Shown here piece by piece: positions 9,322 to 19,637 of a stretch of 64,000 nucleotides of DNA. The DNA is from a virus. How positions within the stretch are numbered: position 1 is the stretch's first letter; each line of letters opens with the position of its first letter. Where the stretch lies: the IMG/VR virus record IMGVR_UViG_3300044858_003017. One strand, 5' to 3'. Under the pieces are notes generated by a model, which was not told where the DNA came from, made no database searches, and saw only the letters and a list, made by a program, of their open reading frames with translations. Position numbers and translations under genes: made by a program.

Positions 9322-10992
9322 TTAAAGCGTGTTAAGACCGTGAACGTATACTTTTCCGTAGAATTCAGGACGAACTACTTTCTTCGCGTAACGTGTCATA
9401 ACACCTTTACGTGGAGTGAAGTTCACTGGATCGTATACAAGCGGAGTCATAATCAACGGAATATATGGGCTAAATACAGCACCTGTTTCAAGGAACTGTG
9501 CACCACGGAATCCCATAAGGATTACATTCTCTAACATGTATGGGTTTTTGTATACTGTATAACGGTTGTTAATTGAACCAATTTTTTGAACACCAGCAGC
9601 AAATTCCATTTTAGTTCCATCTGTATCTGCAGCAAATCCTGGGATAGACTCAAGGATAGTTGCAACTGCAGGAGAAGTTACTAAGAAGTTAGCACCACCA
9701 CGTAATGTTTTTTGGTGAATTTTATTAGATACTTTTTGAAGTTTGGTACCTAAAGTTTGGAACCAACCACCTTGAGTGTTATAGAAACCATCACCAGCTA
9801 AACCAGGTGTTCCTGCGCCTACTTGAGTGAATCCAGTTCCATTCCAGATGTTGTTGTTTAATGCTGACCAATACTCAGTTGTTGGAGCTGCTGAAATCAA
9901 CATATCAAGGATTTCAAGATCGATTTCCATTGATACATATTCAGACAACATTGAAGTCAATTCAGCTTCGGCATCAATTGAGTGGTATGCATTTAAATCT
10001 TGAGCAAATTCAGGTGTCCAAACTGCTTTCAACTTACGTGTTTTAGCAACGATTGGTTCTGATTGCATTTCAAGGTTAATTTCTGGGATATCGATATCCG
10101 TACCATCATCAATACCTGTATTAGTTCCAGATCCTTTGAATGGATTTTTATCTTCAAAATCACCACGTGTAATATCGGTAGGTTGTTTGCTATAGTTCAA
10201 GCTAAAGTTAGATGCACTAATTGCAAGTTGAATAGCAGTAGCTTGAGTGGTTGTTACAACAAATGATGCAGTGTAATTACTGTCAATTGTTGAAAATGCT
10301 TGAATTGGGATAATTTCAGTACCAGTTGAACCAGAAGCAAATGTCCATGAACGTACTGCATATAAATCAGCATCAGTTGGAACATTAACGCTAACTAATT
10401 TATAGCTAGATAACGCAGTGGTAAAATTACCGTCAAAATTTACAGATCCAGAACCTGGAGCAGATCCTGTTGCCGCATTAGCACTTGACGCTACGGTAGT
10501 ATAAGGAATTGAATATCCAAAACGACCTGCACCATAAAGACCGCCAGCTGCATCACTACCAGTTGTAGTAACACCAAACATTGAATCTAATGCGTTAGGA
10601 TTTCCAAATGGATCACCTGTTCTGTTATTATTATCATCATTAAATCCTGGAACTGATGTACCATATTTGAAATCAAGATAGAAAATAAGACCTGATGGCA
10701 AATTCATTGGTTGAACTGAAACGAATTCTTTTGCTGCAAATTCAGCAAAAATACGACGTACCAATGGAAGTGCTACACCTGCCCACTCTTCTGAACCAGC
10801 TTGTGTACCTGTTCCAGATGATTCTTTTACTAATTGACGTGCTTGGTTTTCAAGCAATTGTGCCATTCCGGCTCTTTCGGTCTCACCACGAAGACCTTCT
10901 AATAGACCTGTTCTTTCCCACTTTGCAGATAAAGCTTTTGCATTGTTTCTTTGAACAAAGTCATTTGTTTGAAGTAAGTTTGAAATACTCAT
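9322..10992 (-). CDS. gp23: Major capsid protein (T4 gp23-like)
   Basis: LLENQA, LPLVRR, VSVQPMNLPSGLIFYLD, AKTRKLKAVWTPEFAQDLNAYH, PYIPL, FTPRKGVMTRYA; likely start MSISN at 10992 after AAAGGA. Confidence 0.96.
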   Translation of the reverse strand: MSISNLLQTNDFVQRNNAKALSAKWERTGLLEGLRGETERAGMAQLLENQARQLVKESSGTGTQAGSEEWAGVALPLVRRIFAEFAAKEFVSVQPMNLPSGLIFYLDFKYGTSVPGFNDDNNNRTGDPFGNPNALDSMFGVTTTGSDAAGGLYGAGRFGYSIPYTTVASSANAATGSAPGSGSVNFDGNFTTALSSYKLVSVNVPTDADLYAVRSWTFASGSTGTEIIPIQAFSTIDSNYTASFVVTTTQATAIQLAISASNFSLNYSKQPTDITRGDFEDKNPFKGSGTNTGIDDGTDIDIPEINLEMQSEPIVAKTRKLKAVWTPEFAQDLNAYHSIDAEAELTSMLSEYVSMEIDLEILDMLISAAPTTEYWSALNNNIWNGTGFTQVGAGTPGLAGDGFYNTQGGWFQTLGTKLQKVSNKIHQKTLRGGANFLVTSPAVATILESIPGFAADTDGTKMEFAAGVQKIGSINNRYTVYKNPYMLENVILMGFRGAQFLETGAVFSPYIPLIMTPLVYDPVNFTPRKGVMTRYAKKVVRPEFYGKVYVHGLNTL

Positions 10993-11024
10993 CGTTTTTC
11001 CTTTGTTTTTGTTTTTTTTTTGTT

Positions 11025-12158
11025 TTACAATAATCCTGCTAATTTTTTCCATCTGTTAGCTAATTCGAAGCCTTCAGATAAAACTTGTGTTGTTTCCACT
11101 CTAGGAGCGGTTGTTGTTGTCGGTCTTGAAGCATAAGATTCTTTAACCACTCGTTTTTTGGTAGGACGTTTAAAACTTTCAGCCAATGTAGCAAAAACTA
11201 ATTTTGCTTCACGTGTATTTGCTGCCCTATCAAAATTTTCGATAACTTTCATTTTTTGCGGTTCTGATAACTCAAAATTACGGAACAATTTGTTTGTGTA
11301 AAGAAGTTTTGCATTAAGTAAATTTACTTCATTGATAACTGATTGAAGATGTTTAACTGTGCGATATGCTTCTTTAAGTTCGTCTTCTTTAGCTGTCAAT
11401 TCATCTTCCATTGCTTCCATCATTTCATCTTTGTCTTCTTCAGACATAGTGTTTGGATTCATTTTCATTGATGTGTCTGCATCTTCTTCTTCACGCAAAA
11501 TTGCTTCAATAATTTCTTCTAATGCTGCATCAGACATTTCGTCGCCTTCGGTTGCCATTTCGTCTGAATCGCCCATCATGTCGTCTTCAGTCAATTTTCT
11601 TGAACCTTTGCCAATTTTTGAAGAAGTTAATTTTTTATACCCTTCCATAGGCATTCCCATATCATCTTCTTCTTCATCATAGCCTTCCATAGCCATTTCG
11701 TCTGATTCTAGATCGCCTTCTAACTCACGTAAGATTGATTCAATATTTAAATCATCGCCTTCGTTGTATTCAGCAGTCATTTCTTCATCAGATACTGGTT
11801 GTTCTTCAGCTGGCATTTCTTCTCCACCCATTTCATCACCTGCCATTCCTACTTGAAAAGAATAATCATTACCACCAACTGATGCTGATAATGTATCATC
11901 TGTCCAAGTAAAATCATCATCACCCTCTACTTCTGCACCTGCTTCCGCACCCATTGCGTCTGTTTCTGGACCAGCTACAGCACCTGCGTCTGTTGCTACT
12001 TCTTCGCCATCAATTTCGTTTTGCAATTCTTTTGCTAACATTGCTTCTACTCTTGGACGAAATGCTTCTTGTAAAGCAATTTTTGCGTTTGCTAAAGCAG
12101 TTTCTTTAACAGCTTTTGCATCAGCGATTGCCTCTTTTAGCAAATCTGATTTTGCCAT
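11025..12158 (-). CDS. Prohead scaffold/core protein (gp22-like)
   Basis: Very acidic, coiled-coil, many L/I/MxE sites, directly upstream of MCP; AAGGAG RBS. Confidence 0.8.
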   Translation of the reverse strand: MAKSDLLKEAIADAKAVKETALANAKIALQEAFRPRVEAMLAKELQNEIDGEEVATDAGAVAGPETDAMGAEAGAEVEGDDDFTWTDDTLSASVGGNDYSFQVGMAGDEMGGEEMPAEEQPVSDEEMTAEYNEGDDLNIESILRELEGDLESDEMAMEGYDEEEDDMGMPMEGYKKLTSSKIGKGSRKLTEDDMMGDSDEMATEGDEMSDAALEEIIEAILREEEDADTSMKMNPNTMSEEDKDEMMEAMEDELTAKEDELKEAYRTVKHLQSVINEVNLLNAKLLYTNKLFRNFELSEPQKMKVIENFDRAANTREAKLVFATLAESFKRPTKKRVVKESYASRPTTTTAPRVETTQVLSEGFELANRWKKLAGLL

Positions 12159-12191
12159 GTTTTCTCCTTAAATTTGTTTTTTTTTTGGAAA

Positions 12192-12274
12192 TAAGATTAT
12201 TTGAAATCTTAATAGAATATTTTATTTAATATAAACGCTATATAGAACGGATAGCGTATTCATACAATAAATAT
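12192..12274 (-). promoter_or_regulatory. Late promoter motif plus two-hairpin 5' UTR of the scaffold-MCP operon
   Basis: ATATTTATT at 12266-12274; inverted repeats ACGCTAT/ATAGCGT (12235-12257) and TAAGATT/AATCTTA (12192-12211). Confidence 0.55.
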
Positions 12275-12295
12275 AGGTATGTTTGAAAAAACAGT

Positions 12296-12326
12296 AAAAA
12301 AGTCCCAACTTTTATGTTAGGACTTT
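12296..12326 (-). terminator. Intrinsic terminator after bS21
   Basis: AAAGTCCTAAC-ATAAAA-GTTGGGAC-TTTTTT on minus strand. Confidence 0.8.
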
Positions 12327-12343
12327 AAATTTTCTTAAATTAA

Positions 12344-12583
12344 TTAAAATTTGTTTTGCAAATCTTGCATTTTTTGACTATACTTAGCCTTCGATATCAT
12401 GTCTCTACGTTTAACACTAGGTTTAGTAAAAGTACGATTATCTTTAACGTATTCTAATACGCCAGCATCTTTTACTTTACGTTTCCATGTTCTTAATGCA
12501 AAACTTAAATCTCGATTTACTACATTTATTGCAGTTGCATTGCCTGGTACAATGCTTTGGTGTTGTTTTTGTTTTTTGTTCAT
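12344..12583 (-). CDS. rpsU: Ribosomal protein bS21 (phage-encoded)
   Basis: DLSFALRTWKRKVKDAGVL...F.KPSVKRR matches bS21 ALRxFKRK...FxKPSxxRR; ~14-aa N-terminal extension. Confidence 0.88.
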   Translation of the reverse strand: MNKKQKQHQSIVPGNATAINVVNRDLSFALRTWKRKVKDAGVLEYVKDNRTFTKPSVKRRDMISKAKYSQKMQDLQNKF

Positions 12584-12592
12584 ATATAACTA

Positions 12593-13177
12593 TTAAATTT
12601 TTCTTTGTGGTTGTTTTGAAGCTTGTTGTTTAACATTAAATCTAAAATGTTTTAGTTCTGGTTTTTGTGCTAAATATCCTTGAAGCTTTTGTGATTCTAA
12701 TGCTGGATCTTGTCCTAATCGAAAATAAAAATATCCTATTTTGCCTGATGCAGAAATTGTTTTTTTAATTACGGTAAATCCTTTACGTTCAGCCCATTCT
12801 TGAATTTCTTTCGCAGTTTGCTGCGCAGTTGCTGGATCGCGAAGTACATATTCAATGCCGCCTCGATAATCTGTTAAATTGTTAACTAGTTGTGCCTCAT
12901 CTATATCTATTTCTTGAATAGCTTTTTTGCGTGCCATTCTTCGATTTTTTAAATATCGATCTGATTTGGTATTTTGTTTTCCATCATTATCAATATCTGC
13001 ATCTTCATGTCCAACTGCATCTAAATCTTCAGTAGTCATACCAGGTTTAACTAGTTTAACATTCATCCCTTTTTTTGCCATGGTTTCAGCTTGAGCAGGA
13101 TCATCGGTTTCGATTTTACCAGTTGCTTCAGTTAACCCAAAAAAATCGCGATACAATTTTTTAAATTTATTCATCAT
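12593..13177 (-). CDS. Hypothetical head-associated protein with DxDNDG motif
   Basis: VGHEDADIDNDG...SDRYLKNRR module bounded by xTE/IQE sites. Confidence 0.6.
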   Translation of the reverse strand: MMNKFKKLYRDFFGLTEATGKIETDDPAQAETMAKKGMNVKLVKPGMTTEDLDAVGHEDADIDNDGKQNTKSDRYLKNRRMARKKAIQEIDIDEAQLVNNLTDYRGGIEYVLRDPATAQQTAKEIQEWAERKGFTVIKKTISASGKIGYFYFRLGQDPALESQKLQGYLAQKPELKHFRFNVKQQASKQPQRKI

Positions 13178-13185
13178 GCACCTAT

Positions 13186-13214
13186 ATTATATTAAATTTT
13201 TTTATACTATCCAA
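13186..13214 (-). promoter_or_regulatory. TTGGAT-N17-TATAAT promoter upstream of 13177 and bS21
   Basis: Exact 17-nt spacer; same architecture at five other sites. Confidence 0.65.
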
Positions 13215-13215
13215 A

Positions 13216-13593
13216 TTATCCAACTTTAAAATAACGATTTAAACCTTGGCCAATATTTTCATATGCCATGCTTAAACGTTCTTGCAAACGAGCCATTTCC
13301 TTTGCAGTGTCTTCAAACATTCTATAATCTTCTTCAAGTCGTTTAAAGTTTTTCTTGTGTGCAATTTCATTAAACCAATCAGCATCTTCTGTAACTATGC
13401 GTTGTGCTTTTTCTACAATGTCTCTTACTCGCTCAGACAATTCATGTAAATCTGCCTTTCCATATACAGATTCTCCCATTGCTGTAAAATTTGCTACCGC
13501 TTCCGTAAATGCTTGTTTTTCTTCTTTCGATAACGGTTGTTGATGATCACCATTAATGGTTTCAATCAAATATTTAAGTGTGAATTGTTTCAT
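13216..13593 (-). CDS. Hypothetical head-module protein
   Basis: Helical 125 aa, TAATG-coupled to protease; leader ends LIE. Confidence 0.65.
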   Translation of the reverse strand: MKQFTLKYLIETINGDHQQPLSKEEKQAFTEAVANFTAMGESVYGKADLHELSERVRDIVEKAQRIVTEDADWFNEIAHKKNFKRLEEDYRMFEDTAKEMARLQERLSMAYENIGQGLNRYFKVG

Positions 13594-14225
13594 TATATTA
13601 TCCTACATTTACCATCTTCACATAAAATTGAAGTAATGATTTCGTTTGTTTTTACGTATTTATTTGTTGTTATATTTTTATTTACAGATTCATTCATGTG
13701 CGTAGGGCGCATAAAAGCCCCATGGGTTGAAGGATTAGATACGAAGTCCCAACATATCAATTCAAAATCTTCTTGAACTTCTACAGTGCCTTCACTTCGC
13801 AATTCTTTAACAGAACCCAATCCGCGCGATGAAATTCCCAAAGTAATTCCTGCTCTAAAAAGTTCTTTAAGAATCTTACCAGATGGTGTATCTAAAACTT
13901 GTACAGCTCCGTGCAAGTCATCGCCTTTCCACCAAATTCTTAAAACATTGTGAGAAACATTGTTTAAGTTTACAACAGATGATTCTGGATGATCTAATTC
14001 CCCCAATGCTCTATGTTGATTAATATATTCGGTTTGATAGCGTTGACATTCTCTTTCTAAAATATGTTTTGGATATATTCTACCATTTTGATTTTTAGAA
14101 CCAGCTCGTTGCAAAACACCTTGTACAACAAATCCTCCTGGTATTCCATATGTTGCACCATTTGATTCAGTTAATGAACCAACAGGTTTAAATGGAATAT
14201 ATTCTACTATTAGTTGTTTTGACAT
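13593..14225 (-). CDS. gp21: Prohead protease (T4 gp21-like)
   Basis: NQNGRIYP, ALGELDHP, VSH, TPSG, GISSRGLGS, DFVSNPS. Confidence 0.95.
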   Translation of the reverse strand: MSKQLIVEYIPFKPVGSLTESNGATYGIPGGFVVQGVLQRAGSKNQNGRIYPKHILERECQRYQTEYINQHRALGELDHPESSVVNLNNVSHNVLRIWWKGDDLHGAVQVLDTPSGKILKELFRAGITLGISSRGLGSVKELRSEGTVEVQEDFELICWDFVSNPSTHGAFMRPTHMNESVNKNITTNKYVKTNEIITSILCEDGKCRII

Positions 14226-14226
14226 T

Positions 14227-14892
14227 TTATTCTCCTAATGCTCTCACGCGCTCTGATATTTTAATTAATCTTTCTGAAATTTTTGATAATGCCGATTCTA
14301 CTGCAGAACCATATCCGTTACGAGCAACTCCAGATTCTGTTTTTAATTTAGATGCATAATTTACAGTGCGCTCAATTTCTTGTAATTGTCGTGCTACTTC
14401 TTTTATTGTATGTTTTATTTTTTGTTCAGGTGTTGATTTTGCATCTCCCGTTGAATATGCTCGATATGATTCAATAAGTTGTTCATACTTAGTATCCATC
14501 ATTTCAAAAACAGATGTTTTATTATTAGATGTGCGACGTGGTTTATTTGGCATATGTTTTGATGGATATTCATATGAATTATTATGCCAATCTTTATCAT
14601 CATCACTAAATGGAAATTTATCATTCATTACTTCTTCTTCTGATTCCGGATGTTGATATGTATCATCTTTCCAACGAAATGAAGGCGGAGTATTTACAGA
14701 TTCATATGTTTTATCTTTATTTTTCCACTTTCCTGGTTTAGCAAATGCAGCGGGTATATTATATCCAGCTACGCCACCAGTTGCAGATATTTCATCTAAT
14801 TCTTCTTCATTAGTTACATCTTGTGCATCCAAATCGATTGAATCATCTAATTCAATAAATTTTGATTCAATTTCTTTTAAAAATGATTTCAT
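14227..14892 (-). CDS. Hypothetical head protein
   Basis: LDE-ISATGGVAGYNIPAAF motif, C-terminal coiled coil; between portal and protease. Confidence 0.6.
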   Translation of the reverse strand: MKSFLKEIESKFIELDDSIDLDAQDVTNEEELDEISATGGVAGYNIPAAFAKPGKWKNKDKTYESVNTPPSFRWKDDTYQHPESEEEVMNDKFPFSDDDKDWHNNSYEYPSKHMPNKPRRTSNNKTSVFEMMDTKYEQLIESYRAYSTGDAKSTPEQKIKHTIKEVARQLQEIERTVNYASKLKTESGVARNGYGSAVESALSKISERLIKISERVRALGE

Positions 14893-15743
14893 TAATGAAC
14901 TCCTTTTAATTCTTTAATTAAATCAAAATATCGCAATAAAGAAAGTACATGTGATTCTTTAATTGATTTCATATTTTCTACAGTGCATAACATTTCAGAA
15001 AGTTTTTTAACTTTAATTTTTGTAGCTTTATCTGTAATCAAATTTGATTGTTCAGCCAATTGTTTTTTAATTGACGGAATAATTTTTTCTATATATTCGC
15101 GCAACGCAACCGTATCATTTACATTGGTAATATACTTGTTTAAAAGTTGTTTTTGTGATTCATCTAATCCAGAATATTTTTCATTAAACTTATCAACAAG
15201 CAATTTATACGTTATTAATCGTACATCTTTTGGTTGTGATTCAAACTGTTCAATAATTGGATCTTTATATTCTTTTTTTCGTTCTGCAATTAAGGTATTA
15301 TGTATAATAGCATTTTTGCATTCCATAATTTGTTTTGGATTATCGGTTTCATCATATTCAAACAACATGGAAACTGATGCTAATGTTTTATAATTAGAAA
15401 TATGAATTTTTGCCATATTTTCAAAAACAAATTTGTCTGAAATTTCTTTTACTAAATTATATTTTTGTCGTTTTAATATGCTCTGATTTAATTTACTATG
15501 AGTATTTTTTATACTACGTATATAATCTAATGCTTGTGCTTCACTTTTAAACTGATGTTCTTTTAGTAATGCATTATATAATTGCAATTCTTTTGATAAT
15601 TCCGTATTTTTACCAAAGTATTTTTTGATAATATCAACAGTTATTGTTTTATCAGAAGACAATGTTTCAGAAGTCAATTTTCGAACCAAAATCTCAAAAA
15701 GAAGACCGGTATTTTTATATTTCGAATGTTTGAGCTTTTTCAT
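14892..15743 (-). CDS. Head-module hypothetical protein
   Basis: KHSKYKNTGLLFEILVR N-terminus; late motif at 15770-15778. Confidence 0.65.
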   Translation of the reverse strand: MKKLKHSKYKNTGLLFEILVRKLTSETLSSDKTITVDIIKKYFGKNTELSKELQLYNALLKEHQFKSEAQALDYIRSIKNTHSKLNQSILKRQKYNLVKEISDKFVFENMAKIHISNYKTLASVSMLFEYDETDNPKQIMECKNAIIHNTLIAERKKEYKDPIIEQFESQPKDVRLITYKLLVDKFNEKYSGLDESQKQLLNKYITNVNDTVALREYIEKIIPSIKKQLAEQSNLITDKATKIKVKKLSEMLCTVENMKSIKESHVLSLLRYFDLIKELKGVH

Positions 15744-15786
15744 TAGTCCTTTTCAGTATTCGTTTTTTTAATAAATATGTTTAGTT

Positions 15787-17628
15787 TTATAAAATATTAG
15801 TTTCGTCCAACATAGTACCAGAATCTGAATTATCATCAATTGATTTAGATTTCAATGATTCTATTAATATTTTGGGTGATTTTGTTTTTAAATATTTTAA
15901 AATATCATGATTTTCTGCTGCAATGTTATTAACTGTTTTTGTTTTTACAAATGCCGGGTCTGGTTGGAATGCTGTTTTTTGATTTTCTGGACGAAATGCT
16001 TGATCTAATTCCTTTTTACCCGTAGGATCCCATCCAAATTCATTTTTATGTTGTCCAAATTTGATTCCTTCTTTTGGACGACCTCCTTGATCTTTTTCTT
16101 CTACCTCATCAGATGACATATGAATTGATGCTAAATCGTGTGGCGTGCCAAATGATACACCCGTTACAGCTGGATCATTTCCTTCTTGTTCAATTTGATT
16201 TTGACGGAATCTCAATTTAAGATCTTCAATAACATTGGTTCTTTCTTGCAACCATTGATCTTCTGACATATTAAATATAAACTCATATATGTATTTATCT
16301 GAAACTAATTTTGAATCTTTCATTGCAGTTGCAAGTGTCATCTTTTCAGTCATTAACGCAACTTTTTGTTGATCGTAAATAATTGATGGTGCTGTTAATT
16401 CTAATTCAAACCCAACTAAATCTTCACCTTCAAAACCTTGTGTATATAAATGTACAATTGCAATTTTATATAATTCCGATGTTACTATTTTTTGAATACG
16501 TTCAATTGTTCTAGCAAAACGAATATCCATTGATGCTAATGTTGTTTTGCCTTCTACTGCTTCTGCATATCCTAAAAATGGTTTAGGAATTTTAAGTGCA
16601 GCCATCATCTTATCTTTAATATAAGTAATATCATCCATTCCGGTAAAAGTCATACCAGGTAATGTATCAATTGCAGTAGTTGAATTGCCTCCGCGAACTG
16701 GTAAATAATAATCTTCTAACATGTTATTAAGATTAAATTTTAAATTGTAATTTCCAGTTTGTGGATCTACGTGTGGAATTTTTTTCATCTTATTGATAAT
16801 TTGTTCCATAAATGTATCTACTTCATTTGGCGGAATATTACCAATATCAATTTTAAAAATACGTTTTTCTGGAGCTCTCATGATGCGATGAATTAACATT
16901 GCATCCTCCATCATCATAAGTTTTTGAAATTCTTTTCGTGCACCTTCTAACATAGATCTACCATATGGTAAAAAATTAGAATCCGATAACATACGAAAAT
17001 GTGCTATTTCGTATACATCATATGTTGCTTGTTGATTTGCAACATGTTTAAATGAAATTTTATATTGGCCAGTTGCTTCATCATATTCTTCCCAACGTTC
17101 AATTTCATAACTAGAAAATGGTCTTGCATTGATAATTCCAATTTCATCAGCAATATCCAATTTCAAAAAGAAATCTCCATATTTTGTCATGTTACGAATC
17201 CAAGTCCATAGATTGAATTCAATATTCAAAATATCATAAAATAAATTATAAAGAATTTTTTGTATTTTAGTATTGTTCGTTTTAATAGTTAAAATATCTC
17301 CAAATTGATCTGCTAATGTAGATTCATCTGAATATATATCTAATGCCGAACTAATTATCGGATCGCGATCCATCATTTCATAATCAGCATAAAGCTGCAT
17401 ACGATTTTGATGCATATAATAGTTAGAATCATATCCACCCATACCTCCTACACGATGTTTGTTTGCACCATGCAATCTAGTATATCTATCAGCTACTTTA
17501 GTTTGATTTAAATTACCAACAGATTGCAATCTATTAGTATCTACTATCTTAAGTTTATCTTTACCGTATGCACGAACAATCACGTTCGTAGCAAAAAGAT
17601 TTTGTAATCGTTTTCTTAATGTTGGCAT
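15787..17628 (-). CDS. gp20: Portal protein (T4 gp20-like)
   Basis: YEMMD..PIISSALDIY, MEDAMLIHRIMRAPEKRIFKIDIGN, MLEDYYLPVRGG, IDTLPG, ALKIP. Confidence 0.96.
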   Translation of the reverse strand: MPTLRKRLQNLFATNVIVRAYGKDKLKIVDTNRLQSVGNLNQTKVADRYTRLHGANKHRVGGMGGYDSNYYMHQNRMQLYADYEMMDRDPIISSALDIYSDESTLADQFGDILTIKTNNTKIQKILYNLFYDILNIEFNLWTWIRNMTKYGDFFLKLDIADEIGIINARPFSSYEIERWEEYDEATGQYKISFKHVANQQATYDVYEIAHFRMLSDSNFLPYGRSMLEGARKEFQKLMMMEDAMLIHRIMRAPEKRIFKIDIGNIPPNEVDTFMEQIINKMKKIPHVDPQTGNYNLKFNLNNMLEDYYLPVRGGNSTTAIDTLPGMTFTGMDDITYIKDKMMAALKIPKPFLGYAEAVEGKTTLASMDIRFARTIERIQKIVTSELYKIAIVHLYTQGFEGEDLVGFELELTAPSIIYDQQKVALMTEKMTLATAMKDSKLVSDKYIYEFIFNMSEDQWLQERTNVIEDLKLRFRQNQIEQEGNDPAVTGVSFGTPHDLASIHMSSDEVEEKDQGGRPKEGIKFGQHKNEFGWDPTGKKELDQAFRPENQKTAFQPDPAFVKTKTVNNIAAENHDILKYLKTKSPKILIESLKSKSIDDNSDSGTMLDETNIL

Positions 17629-17676
17629 ATTTTTAACTATTTTAATATAAATATAACTAGTTGTAGAACTGCGATG

Positions 17677-19254
17677 TTAACGTATCAACCACGTTAAATC
17701 TTCATCATTGTGACCATTATTCCAAGTCCATCCATCAGCTGAATTTGAAGGTCGACCTGTATATATTTTAGTTTCTGTTTTTTGAAATTGTGAAAGTGCA
17801 CGTTTATGCAATTCAATTCCTTGTTGTCGCAATTTAAGCGATGTATCTCGTAACCATAATCCAATACAAAATGCCATAACGAGGTCATCATTATATCCAC
17901 CTTGTGATTGTGCTTTACCATTTAACCAAACAAATACAAATAATTCTTGTATTAATCGTTTAGAACGAATTACCGGAGTTCGTTCTCGCATATACATTTC
18001 AAGTGCTGATATCATTAATGGACGTGTACGTGAGGTTGTAGATACGCCAGGGACCATTTGAGTCTTATCCTTCATATCATAACCTTTTTTAAGTTGTACA
18101 TCTATATCAACATATCCATCATCTTTATATGTATAAAATAAATTTTCATATCCTCGGTCTAACGCCGGTTGTATTGCTGCCCAACCAATATTGGCATTTT
18201 CAATTGCTAGTAATGCATTGTTCCATTCTGTTGCAACTGACACAAGCATATTACCAAAATCCTTAGGTGGCATTTTTCCTTTGTATTCGGCAACTTGCGA
18301 TACATTTTCTACATCGATAACATGAAAAGTAGACCAGTCAGCACCATCACCTCGAGCGACGTCAGCTACTACTATATAATTTTTTTCATAGTTTGGATAT
18401 TCCCAAATCCAATAGCCGTTATCAAAGCCTCTACGTTCAATTGGTTCGCTACATTTATTTTCATAATCTAGCAGTATAGCCCCATCTATTACAGTATGAC
18501 CAGATGAAATAAAGTCGCAATCACATTCTTGTGCTGCACCTCGTTCTCCTAACAATTGAGTTTGTTCATCTCGCCATTGCTGATCGCGGTCTGGGTGTAC
18601 GGTCCAATGTAGTTTAATTGTATGAAATCCATTAATTTCTTGCTCAGCTTCTGACCATACCGAATGAAACCAATTACCAACACCATTTGGTGTAGACAAT
18701 ACGATAGCACCACCACCCGTTGATAATGTTGCTTGCGATGCTATCCAAATTTCTTCAATGTTTCGAATGAATGCGGCCTCATCTATAATTAGCAACGATA
18801 ATGCTTCTGAACGTGCTCCTGTGGTTGCGGATGAAACTGCTTTAATTTGTGAGCCATTTTTAAATTTTAAGGAAAGCTTATTATCTGCTTCAATATTTCC
18901 TTTTAACCAACTAGGTAAATTGTCATGCATTACCCGTACTTTTGTTACTAAGTTTTTTGCTACTTCTTGAGTTGTTGCAATAACAAGTACGTTAAAATCT
19001 TCTTTGAATAACATGCTCCAAAGAGCAAAGCCAGCTGATAATGTTGATATACCTAACTGACGAGACTTTAATATTACATTGTAACGATTATCTCGTAATT
19101 CAGTTAATGTATCTTCCTGGAAAGGATATAAATTAAATTTAATCTTACCACGTTTAGGATGTTGTATATAACAATATTGTCGCATAAAAAAAACAGGATC
19201 TTTAGCACACATCGTGTACTGCTGTTGTATAATCTGTTTTATATTTTGTGACAT
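17677..19254 (-). CDS. terL: Terminase large subunit (T4 gp17-like)
   Basis: KSRQLGIST Walker A, LIIDEAAF Walker B, STPNG, ADVARGDG.D, DDLVMA nuclease motif. Confidence 0.96.
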   Translation of the reverse strand: MSQNIKQIIQQQYTMCAKDPVFFMRQYCYIQHPKRGKIKFNLYPFQEDTLTELRDNRYNVILKSRQLGISTLSAGFALWSMLFKEDFNVLVIATTQEVAKNLVTKVRVMHDNLPSWLKGNIEADNKLSLKFKNGSQIKAVSSATTGARSEALSLLIIDEAAFIRNIEEIWIASQATLSTGGGAIVLSTPNGVGNWFHSVWSEAEQEINGFHTIKLHWTVHPDRDQQWRDEQTQLLGERGAAQECDCDFISSGHTVIDGAILLDYENKCSEPIERRGFDNGYWIWEYPNYEKNYIVVADVARGDGADWSTFHVIDVENVSQVAEYKGKMPPKDFGNMLVSVATEWNNALLAIENANIGWAAIQPALDRGYENLFYTYKDDGYVDIDVQLKKGYDMKDKTQMVPGVSTTSRTRPLMISALEMYMRERTPVIRSKRLIQELFVFVWLNGKAQSQGGYNDDLVMAFCIGLWLRDTSLKLRQQGIELHKRALSQFQKTETKIYTGRPSNSADGWTWNNGHNDEDLTWLIR

Positions 19255-19255
19255 A

Positions 19256-19636
19256 TTATTTTAAGATTTCATTGATTAATATTCCAGATCCTAATGTTGT
19301 AAGTATTCCTGCAGTAAACCATAATCCCTTTGCTTCATACCATTTTGGTTTAAGATATCGTTCTCTACGAATATATATTTCTACGTTTTCTTGCAATAGA
19401 GCAATTTGTTGATCTTTGTAACGTAATTGCAATGAATCTAATTTAATTAATTCGTCATGCTGTTTTGATAATGTAATATACTTATCAATCAATGCATTGT
19501 TAATTGAATCTAATGCATATAATGAATCTAATGTATATGAAATATCAACAATTTCTTGTTGCGTAAAACACGTATCAGGTTTTGTTTGTGTTAATGCAAA
19601 TACCGGGAATAACAATATAACTAATAACTGTTTCAT
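19256..19636 (-). CDS. Secreted coiled-coil protein with C-terminal TM helix (spanin-like candidate)
   Basis: Signal peptide MKQLLVILLFPVFALT/Q, coiled coil, hydrophobic C-terminus. Confidence 0.5.
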   Translation of the reverse strand: MKQLLVILLFPVFALTQTKPDTCFTQQEIVDISYTLDSLYALDSINNALIDKYITLSKQHDELIKLDSLQLRYKDQQIALLQENVEIYIRRERYLKPKWYEAKGLWFTAGILTTLGSGILINEILK

Positions 19637-19637
19637 A

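Noticed and set aside
10993-11052. Longer MCP N-terminus given by the track
   Set aside because: Overlaps the scaffold gene and translates an A-tract; AAAGGA supports the start at 10992
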